Assembly (NCBI RefSeq): GCF_006345805.1
Contig: NC_042999.1
Location: 96,720,001 to 96,784,000 of the forward strand
Reading direction: 5' to 3'
From: Octopus sinensis
Taxonomy: Eukaryota
DNA: 64,000 bases
The position numbers and the translations under genes are program-made. Under the pieces are notes generated by a model, which ran no database searches, was not told where the DNA came from, and saw nothing but the letters and a program-made list of their open reading frames with translations. Each line of letters opens with the position of its first letter. The first letter of the stretch is position 1. Shown here in pieces: positions 1-13,860 of the stretch.

Positions 1-67
1 TGCAAACGAGACTGAAATTTTACCAATGATTTACTGAGTTATCTATGTCCTGTCCATTAAATGCATA

Positions 68-100
<33 letters not shown>

Positions 101-2997
101 TAATATTCCTCAACAAAGCAACAAACATTCGTCTCATTAATTGTGATGTATTGATTTTGAGTTTTGCACTTAAATCTTCTCTAAAGAGGGACAACCTACC
201 CAGCACCACAACTCGTTCACCACAACACTGTATAATTAATACGTGTTTCATATGTGTAGAGCTAGGCTTCATCCTCCTGTCAACCTATGTAAAAGTGTGT
301 GCATATTAGTGCACAAAATAGGAAGTAAAATTATATCACTTGAAGCCTCATAACTTATTAATGACACTTTGCACAGTAAACAGGCAAACCACCCAAACTA
401 GACGATTTTTACCCCATACAGCTAACCATTGTTACTCGTGTTTTCATAATTGTTATCATCTTTTCGCAACACCCAATCTCTCTCACTGAAAGTCGTGGCA
501 AGTCGTCAGGTAGGATTTGATGTCTGTCTTCCGATCCGGCTCGTCACTCGTCCAAAACAGTGCTAGGATCGAATTCTAACAATAACGAAACAAAACCAAG
601 TCATCCTTTTTCGCATCTTTTCGTTTTGTCAACTTTTTCATCTTCAATTGCCGTCACCATCACTAAGAATAACAACACAGTCACTGTAAGAAAACAACTT
701 CAAAATATCATCAGAACACCTTGGCAAATAATCTCACCATACCAATAGCATCACAATTTTATGAAATGTAAAATGACTCGCAGAAGTCAACTTTGTCTTT
801 CATTCATAGCAAATTGATAAAACAAGTATCCGTCAATGACGTAGATTAGCGGAATTGTTAGATTATCAGAAACAAGATTCCTCGCGATATTTGTTCCGGC
901 TCTTTTGTGTTCTTAGTTCTTGATTAGAAGATTTAAACCTCCTCTCAGTTTTCCACAGCCACCCGGTACTTGGGTGCCAGATTTTCAACAAGGCTGCAAG
1001 CTTTCGGGCCCCCATTTTGAAAATAACTTCCTTCCGTCTTCATACCAGCCTCTAAAGTTTTCAAAACAAAAATAACGATCTGAGACGGTTGCCCTTTTTT
1101 GCCTGACTAAACGGTAAACAGAAAAAATATAACACCTCCTAAATAAAAACAATATTGACAGTGACAATAACACCACCATACTGACAGCAAGAGCATCCTC
1201 ATAACTATTCCATCTGATGAACAATAGTAGTTACGTCATTACAATATCACCATCATAACAATTTGATAACAGCCGTAACACGATAAAAATAACCAGAAAC
1301 CAAGACAATCAAACTCTGACAGTAACCAACAACTACGTTGATATATTTTGTATTGCTATGAAATTGAGTAATGTTCTTGGAAACTACCCGACCACTAGAA
1401 ATAGTATCTATATCTCCCTCAAATAACACCCTACTCTCTTAACAATATTGGAAAGTGTAGCTTAAGTAACAACTACGAGACGGCCAAGCGAAAATCCTCA
1501 CCAGATTTAACAGAGGTAAATTCAACAACAGTAACAATATTCACTATACCTTTCCAAATCCTTCTAATGGTTACGTGTGAAAAAGTAAACAACTACGCTA
1601 CCGCTCGGCCTTTTAAAAACAGCAGTCAAATTTTACTCTGCAGTCTTAAAAAAACGGAAGGATTCCTTAGATAATATATTCCATGATATACAAAATATCA
1701 GAATGGTCATTGTTAGAATACATTTTGATCATAGGTTTAGCCATTCAGCCAAACCTATGATCAAAATGAAATATTTATATTTCCCTCTGTTACTTAAAGT
1801 TTTGGGTGCACCTACAATTGCTGAAATAATTATAATGTTCCATTACATTTTTAATAACTGAATTGACTGTATACCACGTCTAGCTGAGAGCGAAATGGCT
1901 ACATGCTATCCTTCTGCTGAAATGGTTAACTTTCACATTGTTATGTCTCACACTACCACTTACATAGTTACAAACAATTCTCATTGAAATGTCTATTATT
2001 TACACCACCACCGAAATTGTTATATGCAACATACTACTGTGAAAACAGTTGCGAAAAATACCCGCACGTCGTGGAAGTGGTCGATCAGACTGGACTTTGA
2101 CTACACAGTAGGCAAGTGTCAGAAGAAAACACTAACAGGGTGTCAAGAACAACTGAAATCCCCTAATCTAGCATTTCCTAAATACACATCCAGGAGTTTC
2201 ACTTTGAGAAACTCTTTAACTTCAATACCTATTTGACGTTTATTGTGGTTCCCACTGCAAATCAACAGCTAGCATTTTATAATGTTTTTTGCATTTCAGC
2301 AAGTGCAACAACAGCTAATTAGTATAATATTACCAAAGAAGGCGGGTACGAAGTCCCACACAAAGTATATATATCCTTTTGACAGATTAAGAACCGTCTC
2401 CTTCCCCTACCTCGATGTCACACAATATTAATAATTTCTTTAAGGACGTTTATCATCCCGTCTGCGTTGTTTCCTGCTTTCATTAGCAATTTACATTTTT
2501 GTTTTCTTTTCAGACAAAATATTGTGTGGTCTGTTTTGCTGAGCACACTGACCTAGGAATACACAGTGAAACCGAATCTGATTCGTAGGAATAAAGATGT
2601 ATTGGGTTGAAAATTTCCCAATAGAATATATTGGCTATTAAATCCAGGACGAATGTCAACAACCGAAGTTACGTAAGTTTTGCAAAATATAACTAACGAA
2701 AATACTACCCTACCCCCATATCACGTGGCATGTATAGAATTGGTGTATATCGTAATATGAAAGAAATCTTCAAATGAAAGCGAAATGACATTATCCCCGA
2801 ATGTCATAGATTGTAAGTTGATAGCCGACATCATGATATGACAACACAGTTTCTATAAGAAGCCAATTTATCTCTGACTATTGTGGTCTAAACGATAAAG
2901 TTCAGCATTTAATATATGAAGATAATAAAAGACCTCATTTTAACAGATATATTTACCAAAATTGCATAAAAATATCTTGAAATACTAAAGAGTAAAT

Positions 2998-3150
2998 TTA
3001 TTCAATAAAATCGCCATTGGCTTCAACCACAGCATCCAGACGACTTCGGAACCTCCTGCAATTCTTTTGGACGGTCTCCTTGTTTAAGTTGGTGAATGCT
3101 GCCATAATTCTTGGCTTCAGGCAAGGTTCTGACTTCACATCCTCAAAAAT
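2998..3150 (-). mobile_element. Tc1/mariner transposase C-terminal remnant
   Basis: Minus ORF ends ...AFTNLNKETVQKNCRRFRSRLDAVVEANGDFIE*, matching the RF..RL.AV..A.G..(I/F)E C-terminus of Tc1/mariner transposases. Confidence 0.7.
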
Positions 3151-4605
3151 TCTATTAGGTCCTGTTATCGAATACCTACTATTATTTGTTATGTTAGAAA
3201 TGGTGTTTATAAAATTGTATTGCTCAAGGTATAACATTTATTGTTAAAACTTTGTTGCACATATAATCCATATAGCAGCCATTCGCCTGTAGCACAAGAA
3301 TATGTTGATCCTTGCTGAAGTATTTTAGCATTTCTCTTAAATTTTTTATTGAAGCAATAACTTTATAAAAGATATTAACTAAACTTCCAGTATATGCAGT
3401 ATCAAATTTAAAGAGATGTCACAATGCTGTATTGCCGCGCTCAACTTATTACTTTTATTACTTTCCCCCACTCCCATGAACTTTAAATGTCATATATCGT
3501 ATTGTTTCATGGAGTAGTCGGCGGAAGAGAAGCAGTTCCTATTATTTGTATATTTGTAGACACTTTAGACTGGAGAGAGCGATTCAGTTGATGCTGAAAC
3601 ATCGTTCAATTGAGACATCGTTGGTCTACGTCTTTCATGAAAAAGTGAACAAGTGTGTGAATTTGCGAAAAGTAGTTTCTTGAGAAAAAAAATTGAGGTA
3701 AATGTTCTTTTGAGGCCTGAAGTATAAGACTCGGAAGAATGATGAAAGAAGACAGACGGGTGTGCTAAGTGGATGACTTGATGAAAATGATATGCAACTA
3801 GCCAGCTCAGAGACTCTGAAGCCATTGTAATAAATTTAATAAAAGCAAAGAGAGGAAATAGCGCCTATGCACACTAGGTGAAGCATGCTGGTGAGTGAAT
3901 CTTTGTCAGTCTGTTAAATGACCTTCTTTTGCATGCAGACATGGATATGTGCATATAAAAGAGCAGCAATCAGATATATGCTGGAAATTATGGATGTTTC
4001 AAATAAAAATGAGAAAAAAGTTAAATGATGTGGGTTTGCAATATGAGAAAAATAGAAATAAACAAATTATGTAAAATAAAACTCAAGAGGTATAGTTTGT
4101 TAAGAAATTCAATACGTTTATAATCAGGTTTAGTTAATATTTACTATATTACAAGAAGTTGAATATTTCACTCATATTCACACTCAACACTATCTTAATA
4201 AATATTGTTTTGTCATGAACAAACTTTCTTGTCACCTCATCCCAACACTTCCAATATTTACATCAACGATTACACACTTTGTATCAGAAACAGAAAAGTA
4301 ACTCAATCCAACTGTTATTCGGAATAAATACTTAAGTGTAGAGAACTGCACGATACATATCAAACATTCATATATTACCAAAGGTAAATTTGAATTACAA
4401 TATCAATAAATTAGTGTAGTTCTTGAAAATTATATTTAGTTTCTGAGTGAAACAATAGTTATTTTAATTAAGGAAAATTGAACATCAATTTATATTTGCA
4501 AGATTAATTTTCGAACTCTCTATCTCGTTTTTAAAGATGAAATATTTTTTTTAATAATATCAGTTATAATATTTTTAAGAACTGCTCATATCAGAAATTT
4601 GAACA

Positions 4606-5818
4606 TCTTACTATATTAGACGTTATGTCCGTCTATCTGTCCGTCTGTCTGTCTGTTCCCTCTTCACAGTCCAACGGCTGGACCAATGGTCACGATGTTT
4701 TTCGGGATTACGAAGGAGGTAATCAGAAGGGTCTTCAGCGAAACAAATGTGAAAAAGTATGATTATTCAGTGGATATTGAGTTTTGTATTAATAAATCAC
4801 CTTTGATTATTTTTGTTAAAATTCCGGCGACGAGGATTAACTCTGGATTCCCCCTCCCCTGTATAGTTCGTGAATTTAGAGGGTTTAGATTTGCGATACT
4901 ATCCCTTTATTTCCCCATCATAGGTGCGTAGATTTACTATCTTACTATAATGGGCGTTATGTCCGTTTGTCCGTTTCTTTGTCTGTTCCTTCTTCACGAC
5001 CAGACGGCTGGACCAATGGCTACGACATTTTTCGGGATTACAAAAACGATCATCAGGAAGGTTTTTAGTATGAAAAAATCAGAAAGTATGACGATTTCGT
5101 GGAAATCGATAAACCATCTTCGCATTTTCATTAAAAATTCACCTGCCACAAGTAACTCTGGATTTTCATCGTATAGCTCGTGGCCCCATCGTAGATATGA
5201 AGAGGGTCGCGTGGACGGTTAATAGCGAAAATAAAATGGAAAAATTTTGTGTCAGTATATAGTGTGTGTGATTATTTAGTTATTATTGAAGTGTGTGAGT
5301 CTGGAGCAGGATTCGAAACGGCTAATCGAAGTGGCTGTTGTTTGCATCTCAGTTTTGCCAATCAAAATAACCCATGGTACCAAACCATCCAGTCATTAGC
5401 ATAGAACAGCGAGAGGTAAGTCTTAGTTTGATTTTTTGCAACTCTAAAGAATCCGCTCTCGCATTCACAGCAAACAAGGCACAGAGACAGACTTTAGATC
5501 GTGTAGGTGTATTTTTACTCACTCCAATGTTTACACGCGGCCAATTATACGTCGCTATGAGTAGAGCAACGGATTCCAGTAATTTGGAAGTTAGTGTCGA
5601 CCAAACAGAAAATATCGTCTACAAAGGAGTTTCGTAATCATATTGATATTATCGAAAGGAATATGATTCATGATTTAAATAAGGAAATTTGTGAACTTTG
5701 AATGCATAAGAGTATAAACAAGCGTAAAATAGTGTAAACAACTAAATAAAAGTATGTCTAAATATTTTTTCGTGATACCTTTTATGTAGTGGCCGAAGGA
5801 AGCTCGGGCTTTCGTTAG
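4606..5818 (+). mobile_element. Internally deleted Helitron with duplicated 5' end
   Basis: 5' A|TC starts at 4606 and 4940. Helicase motif V/VI remnant at 5374-5637 (FTANKAQRQTLDRVGVFL..PMFTRGQLYVAMSR). GC hairpin at 5792-5809, then TTAG|T (degenerate CTAG) at 5815-5818. Confidence 0.8.
5374..5637 (+). pseudogene. Helitron RepHel PIF1-like helicase C-terminal fragment
   Basis: Matches the PIF1/Helitron pattern T.NK.QGQTL..VG..L..P.F.HGQLYVA.SR, with substitutions. Confidence 0.85.
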
Positions 5819-8800
5819 TTGTCCACATAACCATTCATAATACAGAGGCTGGGAGCCTATTTCAGTTCGGAAGTGAATCATCATCACATGTCACTTAGTC
5901 ACAAACACATGTCATATAGCTACAATAGAATGCTGTATCACCAACAATAATGTGATTTATTATACATGACCCAGTAATCTATCAAGTCCATTTACACATT
6001 TCTCAATACATACTACTGTTATGACTTCCCTCCCTCATTTTATGCCTTCATCATAGATAAGTAGATTTGCTAGTTTACAGTAATCGTAAGACTTCAAAGA
6101 CTGGCTCCAATGATATTTGTATCAGCTATTAAACTTATGAAAACATTTTAACATTACAACAGAGGATGGGTTCCTTTCTTATCTAGAATAGATATTTCAT
6201 CTAGAATTTATTTTATCTTATTTAGAACTTACCTTATCCTATCTACAACTGAACTTGAGATCAACTTGTCCAAATTTGAGATCTTAAATATTCATTTTAA
6301 CACAGACGGTTCGATGCCATCGTCAGGAACGTGTAATCACTACTTCACCGAGTGTAGGTGACCCTAAGGGGAGACTCCATCAACCATGGATCACCAATCT
6401 TACTGCCTGTTTTCAGACCGACCAATTAATCCAAGCTCCACTATCTCAAAACATTAGTCGGTAAACTGCATTAGACTGCATTTTATTAACGTGCATCTGG
6501 ACTTCTTTCTCCTGTACCGAAACTGTTGTATACTTTTATAGAGTGCAGTTTTACAATCAAATGTCCTGACTAACAGAACTCGAATAATTCTATCCGGCAT
6601 ATTGCGGAGAAGACAACCTGCGTCCAGGCTAGCGACATTGAATAGCAACGAATTACATTATGTTTGTTACGGTGGCCTTGGTCTTTGATTTTCCAATTAA
6701 CTTTACATTCTTAGCATATCTATAGTCACTATCCTTTTATAATACTCGTATCAATGGGATTTTCTACCGCCCCGCTGAACCTAATGAAACTAGGATGTAC
6801 ATGATCTAGATGTAAATAAGTAACCATCCTGCAGATTTTATCAGATCAACGTAAGTGGGAGGCCATCTAGTATCGGATAGTTACAAATAGCTTCGAATAG
6901 TCTCTAACTGCTTTATCAATTCGACTGGTACCCAGCTGCATAAAGACTGTCCCCCAGTCGACATTTCACTCAGGTTTCAATCTGTGGATCGCTGCGATCG
7001 TTGGGTCAAGTAGTCGACACTTTCAAATTCCATTTGCTGCCGTACTACATCAGCACTGACCGGCTCCCCGAAATATCATTCTCACTGATAGCATCAAAGG
7101 TTGCTTAAGCGCAGTCTGTTGTCTGTTGCAACTGGAGCCGATAGAATAAGATTGTGAGAACGGCAAAAATCAGGACGGCATCACAATCTTCTTGTCCCAA
7201 AACAAGTCTCTAACCTGGGATTCAACTTATAATTCCTACAGCAGCAGTCAGGTGAAATCGGCTTCAACTTCATTCACAGTCACATATGTTGTGGATCGCA
7301 AACTGATGAAGTAGCGGATACTCACCGACAGATTTCTTTCGAACTTATAGCGATGGAAATATTTAACATCCTGGGCCTTCGAACCACCTCAGTTTGCTCG
7401 AGAAAGATACTGCTATACATAGGAATGAGTTCTGTTGAGTAATTGGCTCTTATACAGCATTTCACTCGCCATCTTTCAGGGAGACGCATTCGTTATCTTG
7501 CCTTCTGGGACTATGAAACGTTTACAAATTGTTCCTATATTTGTGGAATGTGAGTCTAAACACCTTGTTGTGGTGTGGTGGCTTGTATGTCTCAATTACA
7601 CTGGGGAGTTATGCCAGGGAATGCAAGCTTTTTTAGGGCCTCCCATGCTAGTCAGGTCAAAGAATATAGGCCGGATAAATATTGATCATCCCTTTGCAGA
7701 AGTACAAATAGGTTCACGAATAGCAGCACTCCTACTTAGAAAAAAAGAGGCATCGATGACAATTCAAATCCAAGACCCAAGAGGGGAACTGCTTTTTGCT
7801 TTCTTTTCGTTGTCCAAATGGAGAGGAGTAGAATCGACAACCCTGAGTGGAGGACAGTGAAGAGAAGTCAACAATGTATTGCATAAGGAGCAATCGACGT
7901 CAGTAAAACGAAAACTATACACACTGATAACATTACATAGTTCATATCATGCCACTGCTAATTTTTTTTTACAATAAATCACATATACTATGCATATTTA
8001 ATTAACGAGAAATTACTTTAGTGTCATTATTGCATTACTCTACTGCAACTCGGTGACAGTCTGTACCTGTCACATACTTCCTACAGAGTTTAATTCAACA
8101 ATTCGTTCTTTCATAAGAATAGTACTCGTTTATTTTTTCCTCTCCAATAATTCCTTCTGTGACTAGAGTCACACATCTAGAATACTAAGCTTTTTTTTTT
8201 TTTTGCTTCTTCTCATACTTATTGTCTTAAACTGTATCTGGTATATAGTGGTATATAGCTTATCTGCTGCATATATAACAACTGCCTCTTCAATTGCAAT
8301 TTGCAGTGTTAAAGAATTTAGTAAGTCGGTAAAAATGTTGACGTGTTAGAAATGTGCTAGTTGTACAAATTTAATTCATAGTCGGTAAAAAGAAGAAAGA
8401 AAGAAGAGTAAAGAAAGGAAATACAAAGCAAATTGAAACTTAACTCAGCATTCCTATCGCTTTCTTTACGGGTAATTTAATTTTCTACTGCAGAATTTTG
8501 TTTTTAAGTTTTCTGAAATATTACTTTAGTGCTTATTGTTCACTTTTATTATTGCTGATGGTTAGTACGGTTGTTGCTGTTGTTGTTGATGTTGTTGTTG
8601 TTAGTATTATATAATTCTATAGATCGTTTTAGAGTCGTCAGACGGTTTCTATGTGAACCAGCTTGATTTGCATATAATTCCAGGTATCAATGAGTTTACC
8701 AATACTAAGCTTCATAGTCTTTTGGTAAATTTCGTTTTTTGTTGTTGTTTTTGTTTTTTACTTTTCTGTGAACACAATAATACTTCATTTGGCGATCTCC

Positions 8801-9240
8801 CATTTAACAACACACTGCTTTAACGAATTTTTTCAATCATAAAAATAAAAATAAAAATGTAATATTAATTGCGCAAAATAAATATTAAGCATTCATAATG
8901 ATTGCTTTAATAGCTTAGTTACCTCAATGCACCTCGATAATAGACGCGTGAGTGTTTTGGTTGGTTCATTCGGTATTTACTTTGTATATTGATGTTGTGT
9001 CTGCACACAACATTCACATTACTTCCGCCACTCTTTCGTCTTAAAACTTTTAGATTATTTCATTATCAATTAATTCAGTCATTATGAAAATATATCTGAC
9101 AACGAAGATGCCTGCTTATACCTTCACTCACAAAGGGATCGACGAAGCCTACATATATATTCAAAAGGCAATTAGAGATTTTTGAAACACAAAAGTCAAT
9201 TTCCGAACTCTCACTGAAGTTGTTATAGATCTCAATTTAT

Positions 9241-9489
<249 letters not shown>

Positions 9490-9528
9490 AAAAAAGGTTT
9501 GAAAATGCAATTTAAACGATGTTTATTT

Positions 9529-9568
9529 ACTTAACCGGTTTCACTCTTGGTAAAAGATTGTCAAAAGT
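9529..9568 (-). ncRNA. Hammerhead-like ribozyme, U3-A8 core (inverted pLTR copy)
   Basis: Minus strand reads ACTT-TTGACAA-TCTT ttacc AAGA-GT-GAA-ACCGGT-T-AAGT. Confidence 0.5.
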
Positions 9569-10228
9569 TACATTTAAGGAAACATTGATAATATGGGTTC
9601 AAAAAAAGTTTTTACATAATTGTCACATTGAATATTATGCATTCAAAAAAGTTTTTACATAATTGTCACATTGGATATTATGAATTCAAAAATGTTTTTT
9701 TATACATAATTGTCACATTACATGTATAAATATAGTGTTTGGTAACAGAGAAGTTCAATAGTGTGATGAGAATATTTGGGAAAATTTGGCAGAAAAGGAT
9801 AAAACAAATATATTATTGGGAATTGGTTGCGTTAATTATTGGTTGTCGCAAATTGTCACATTACATGTATATATATACAATCTTTGGTATATATATACAG
9901 CCTTTTGACAGCAAAAATTTAAATGGATTTTTTATACATCTCAGAATATTTTAAGTACAAGGCGAGAATATGTTTTTACTGACCTGTCGGTATTAGCAGA
10001 AAGGCTGAACTGAGAGAACAGAAGAAGTAGCCAATGTGGTGTATACTTCCCCTTTATGCATGAATGATTTTGGGGTTATCAGGAGGTTAGTATGCGGGTG
10101 TGAATAGATGTGTCCGTGCCCGCTGGTCAGATAGCGTCTGTTTGTCACACACATATATACACACACACACACACACACAACAACAACAACACACACACAC
10201 ACACACACACACATAGTAAACAAACACA

Positions 10229-11346
10229 TATCTATGAAAAATCCAAATATAAGTACGGCCAGTCTTTCCACAAATACCTGTTGGAGAACTGGAAACGCTA
10301 CTTAGATGATTGCCTCATCCTATGGTCCCACACACTCGACCAACTTCAAAAACCTTATCAACAGTGTAAATAACAACATTCAATTCACAATGGAATATAG
10401 TCAGGACCAACTCCCTTTTCTTGACATCCTAATCATTAAAAAAGGCGTCAACATTGAAACTGACATCCATTACAAACCCACTGACTCTAAACAATACCTT
10501 CTATTCACCTCCAATCACCCAAAACACACAAAGACAAATATCCCCTTCAACCTAGCGAGAAGAATCTGCACTATTGTCTCAAATGACACAACACGAAATA
10601 GAAGACTCCGGGAACTAAGGGCAATTCTTCTCAAAAGACATTACCCGGCATCACTAGTAGACAACGGAATAGAACGGGCCAAATCAATCAACATTCAAGA
10701 CCTTCGAAAACCCAAACACATCCACAGTACAGTCAATAGCCTCCCTTATCTCTTAACACACAACCCAAGGAATGTAGAAGCTTACACTATTATATACAAC
10801 AACATTCCACAACTAAATCAAGACCCACGCCTGAAAAAAATACTGGCAGCTCATAAAATAATAAAAAGTAAGAGACAACCTAAATCCCTAAAAAACCTCC
10901 TCACCAACGCAAAATTACACAACACAAACCCACCGCCCACCATCAAAAAATGTGGTCGCCCCAACTGCAAGACCTGCATCCACCTCATTGAGGGATCATC
11001 ATACAAGTTCCACTCGGGACACACATTCATCATAAAAAATAATTTCACGTGCGCATCAAAAAATTTACTCTACGTCATAAGGTGTGAAGGATGCCACGAA
11101 GACTACATAGGGCAAACGAGCCTTACCCTCAGAGACAGAATGACAGTTCACCGACAACAACTGAGGGACCCCTCCACAAGACAGATACCACTAAGTGGAC
11201 ACTTAGACCTTTGTGCACACAATAAGTCCCCCAAATTCTTAGTCTTCCCACTATACCAATGCTCGGACAACACCACAGACCAAACACGAATAAATAAGGA
11301 AAGTAATCTTATTCAAAAATACAGACCACAACTAAACATACTCTAA
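10229..11346 (+). pseudogene. PLE RT (YLDD, thumb) + Cys linker + GIY-YIG endonuclease, one frameshift at ~10345
   Basis: WKRYLDDCLILW, LPFLDILI, YKPTDSKQYLLFTSNHP, KCGRPNCKTC, LLYVIRCEGCHEDYIGQT..LRDRMTVH, and terminal KYRPQLN. The frame change fits an 8-nt slippage deletion at CAACTT. Confidence 0.92.
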
Positions 11347-11519
11347 CATACCCCCTGGAAACACATCCAGAGCAAGCACACAGGGACGCGCGCACGCTCA
11401 CAGCATATCGTGCGGGCGGGCACATGCGCGCATCGGCACGCATAGGACACACTAGCGGGCATTGACCGCACACATACGTGGCATGCACACGCATGCATTA
11501 TATATATGTAGGTGATGTA

Positions 11520-11783
11520 TGTGTGTGAGTGTTGTGTGTGTGTGTGTGTGGTGTGTGTGTGCACGTGTGTGTGTGTGTGCGCGGGTGTATATATATATGT
11601 GTGTGTGTGTGTGCACTGTGTGCGTGTGTGTGTATGTGTGTGTGTGCGCGCGCGTTGTGTGTATGTGTGTGTGCACGTGTGTATATATGTGTGTGTGTGT
11701 GCACTGTGTGCGGGTGTGTGTGTATGTGTGTGTGTGTGTGTGTGAGCATTGTGTACGTATGTATGTATTTACATGTGTATTTG

Positions 11784-11852
<69 letters not shown>

Positions 11853-12299
11853 TGTGTGTGTATATGCATGGTATGTGTGTATATGTTAGTACTTTGTTTG
11901 TGTGTGTGTGCGGCATGTAGAGATATATTTGAGTGTGTACGCTATAGGTTTGTAATTTGTGTGTGGGGGGGTGAATTTTTATATATATATATATGTGTAT
12001 GTGTATGTGTGTATATATATATATATATATATGTGTATATATATGTGTGTGTGTGTATGTGTGTGTGTGTATATTTATTTGCTTGTTTATGTGTGTATAA
12101 ACATGTACATTATTTGCATGCGCATTGTGTATATGTATATTGTATGTATGTGTATTGTATATGTATGTGTACAATTAAGTGTATATATGTGTGTGTATGT
12201 GTGCATTGTATATATGTATATTGTAGGTGTGCTATATATGCATGAATACATGTATGTGCATTGCGTGTATATATATGTATACATTGTGTATGTATGTTA

Positions 12300-12330
<31 letters not shown>

Positions 12331-12629
12331 GTGTATGTGTATGTGTGTGTGTGTGCACGTTGTGTGTGTGTGTGTTGTGTGTGTATGTGTGCATTGTATA
12401 TATGTATATTGTATGTATGTGTATGTAAACACTATTTATATGTATATGTGTATATATGTATATGCATTGTCTATATATATATATTATATGTATGTACTGC
12501 GTATGTATATTGCATGCATATATTGTGTATGTATATTACTTACATGCTGTATGTGTGTATTGTATGTGTGTATATATATGCTAGGTGTATTTGTGTGATA
12601 TTTATATTATGTATGTATGTGTGCGTGTG

Positions 12630-12662
<33 letters not shown>

Positions 12663-12870
12663 GTGTGTGTATGTGTGTTATATATCTGTGTATGTTATAT
12701 ATAGATACATATTATATTTGTGTGCTGTGTGTATATGTGATATATGTGGGTGCGTTGTGTGTGGGTGTGTGTGTTCTGTGTGTGTGTGTGTGTTGTTTGT
12801 ATGTGGTGTGTGTTTGTTTACTATGTGTGTGTGTGTGTGTGTTGTGTGTGTGTGTGTGTGTATATATGTG
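11520..12870. repeat. Compound (TG)n/(TA)n/TATG low-complexity tract inside the PLE 3' region
   Basis: About 1.35 kb of interleaved GT/AT dinucleotide repeats; source of many spurious ORFs. Confidence 0.95.
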
Positions 12871-13452
12871 TGTGACAAACAGACGCTATCTGACCAGCGG
12901 GCACGGACACATCTATTCACACCCGCATACTAACCTCCTGATAACCCCAAAATCATTCATGCATAAAGGGGAAGTATACACCACATTGGCTACTTCCTCT
13001 GTTCTCTCAGTTCAGCCTTTCTGCTAATACCGACAGGTCAGTAAAAACATATTCTCGCCTTGTACTTAAAATATTCTGAGATGTATAAAAAATCCATTTT
13101 AATTTTTGCTGTCAAAAGGCTGTATATATATACCAAAGATTGTATATATATACATGTAATGTGACAATTTGCGACAACCAATAATTAACGCAACCAATTC
13201 CCAATAATATATTTGTTTTATCCTTTTCTGCCAAATTTTCCCAAATATTCTCATCACACTATTGAACTTCTCTGTTACCAAACACTATATTTATACATGT
13301 AATGTGACAATTATGTATAAAAAAACATTTTTGAATTCATAATATCCAATGTGACAATTATGTAAAAACTTTTTTGAATGCATAATATTCAATGTGACAA
13401 TTATGTAAAAACTTTTTTTGAACCCATATTATTCAATGTTTCCTTAAATGTA

Positions 13453-13493
13453 ACTTTTGACAATCTTTTACCAAAGAGTGAAACCGGTTAAGT
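13453..13493 (+). ncRNA. Hammerhead-like ribozyme, U3-A8 core
   Basis: ACTT(13453-56) TTGACAA TCTTT tacc AAAGA GT GAA ACCGGT T AAGT(13490-93). Confidence 0.55.
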
Positions 13494-13576
13494 AAATAAA
13501 CATCGTTTAAATTGCATTTTCAAACTTTTTACTTATGTAATCCCACTCGTGCGATACCCCACAACTCAACTTTTTA

Positions 13577-13578
13577 TT

Positions 13579-13612
<34 letters not shown>

Positions 13613-13620
13613 AGATATAT

Positions 13621-13713
<93 letters not shown>

Positions 13714-13800
13714 TATATATGAATGAATGTATGTATGTATGTATGTATGTATGTATGTATGCATATATACACACACATAATACATATATATGGAGTTATA
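13577..13800. repeat. (TA)n/(ATGT)n microsatellite
   Basis: Direct reading. Confidence 0.95.
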
Positions 13801-13824
13801 TATATATAATGACTATAATACAAA

Positions 13825-13860
13825 CTAGCAGGGCCCCTGAATATTTCACGGAATTAATGG
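13825..13860 (-). mobile_element. Helitron-type 3' terminus
   Basis: Minus strand: hairpin CCGTGAA-ATA-TTCAGGG followed by GCCCTG-CTAG|T. Confidence 0.5.

Larger units (their letters stand above)
9497..13575 (+). mobile_element. 5'-truncated Penelope-like element (Neptune-type) with inverted pseudo-LTR
   Basis: RT motif YLDD at ~10300 and a GIY-YIG ORF. 9497-10228 is the reverse complement of ~12809-13525. (TA)n lies on both sides. Confidence 0.9.

Noticed and set aside
3565-3896. 86-aa minus ORF and plus-strand GTGAGT donor at 3891
   Set aside because: No recognisable protein motif and no linked exon structure.
7435-7860. 141-aa plus ORF
   Set aside because: TTG start and no recognisable domain; likely a chance ORF.
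11343-13027. Many long ORFs (HT-, VC- and YI-rich, up to 324 aa), with similar ones at 20368-21415, 27351-27757, 37383-37927, 56919-57639 and 63462-63932
   Set aside because: They are translations of dinucleotide and tetranucleotide microsatellites, which lack stop codons in several frames.
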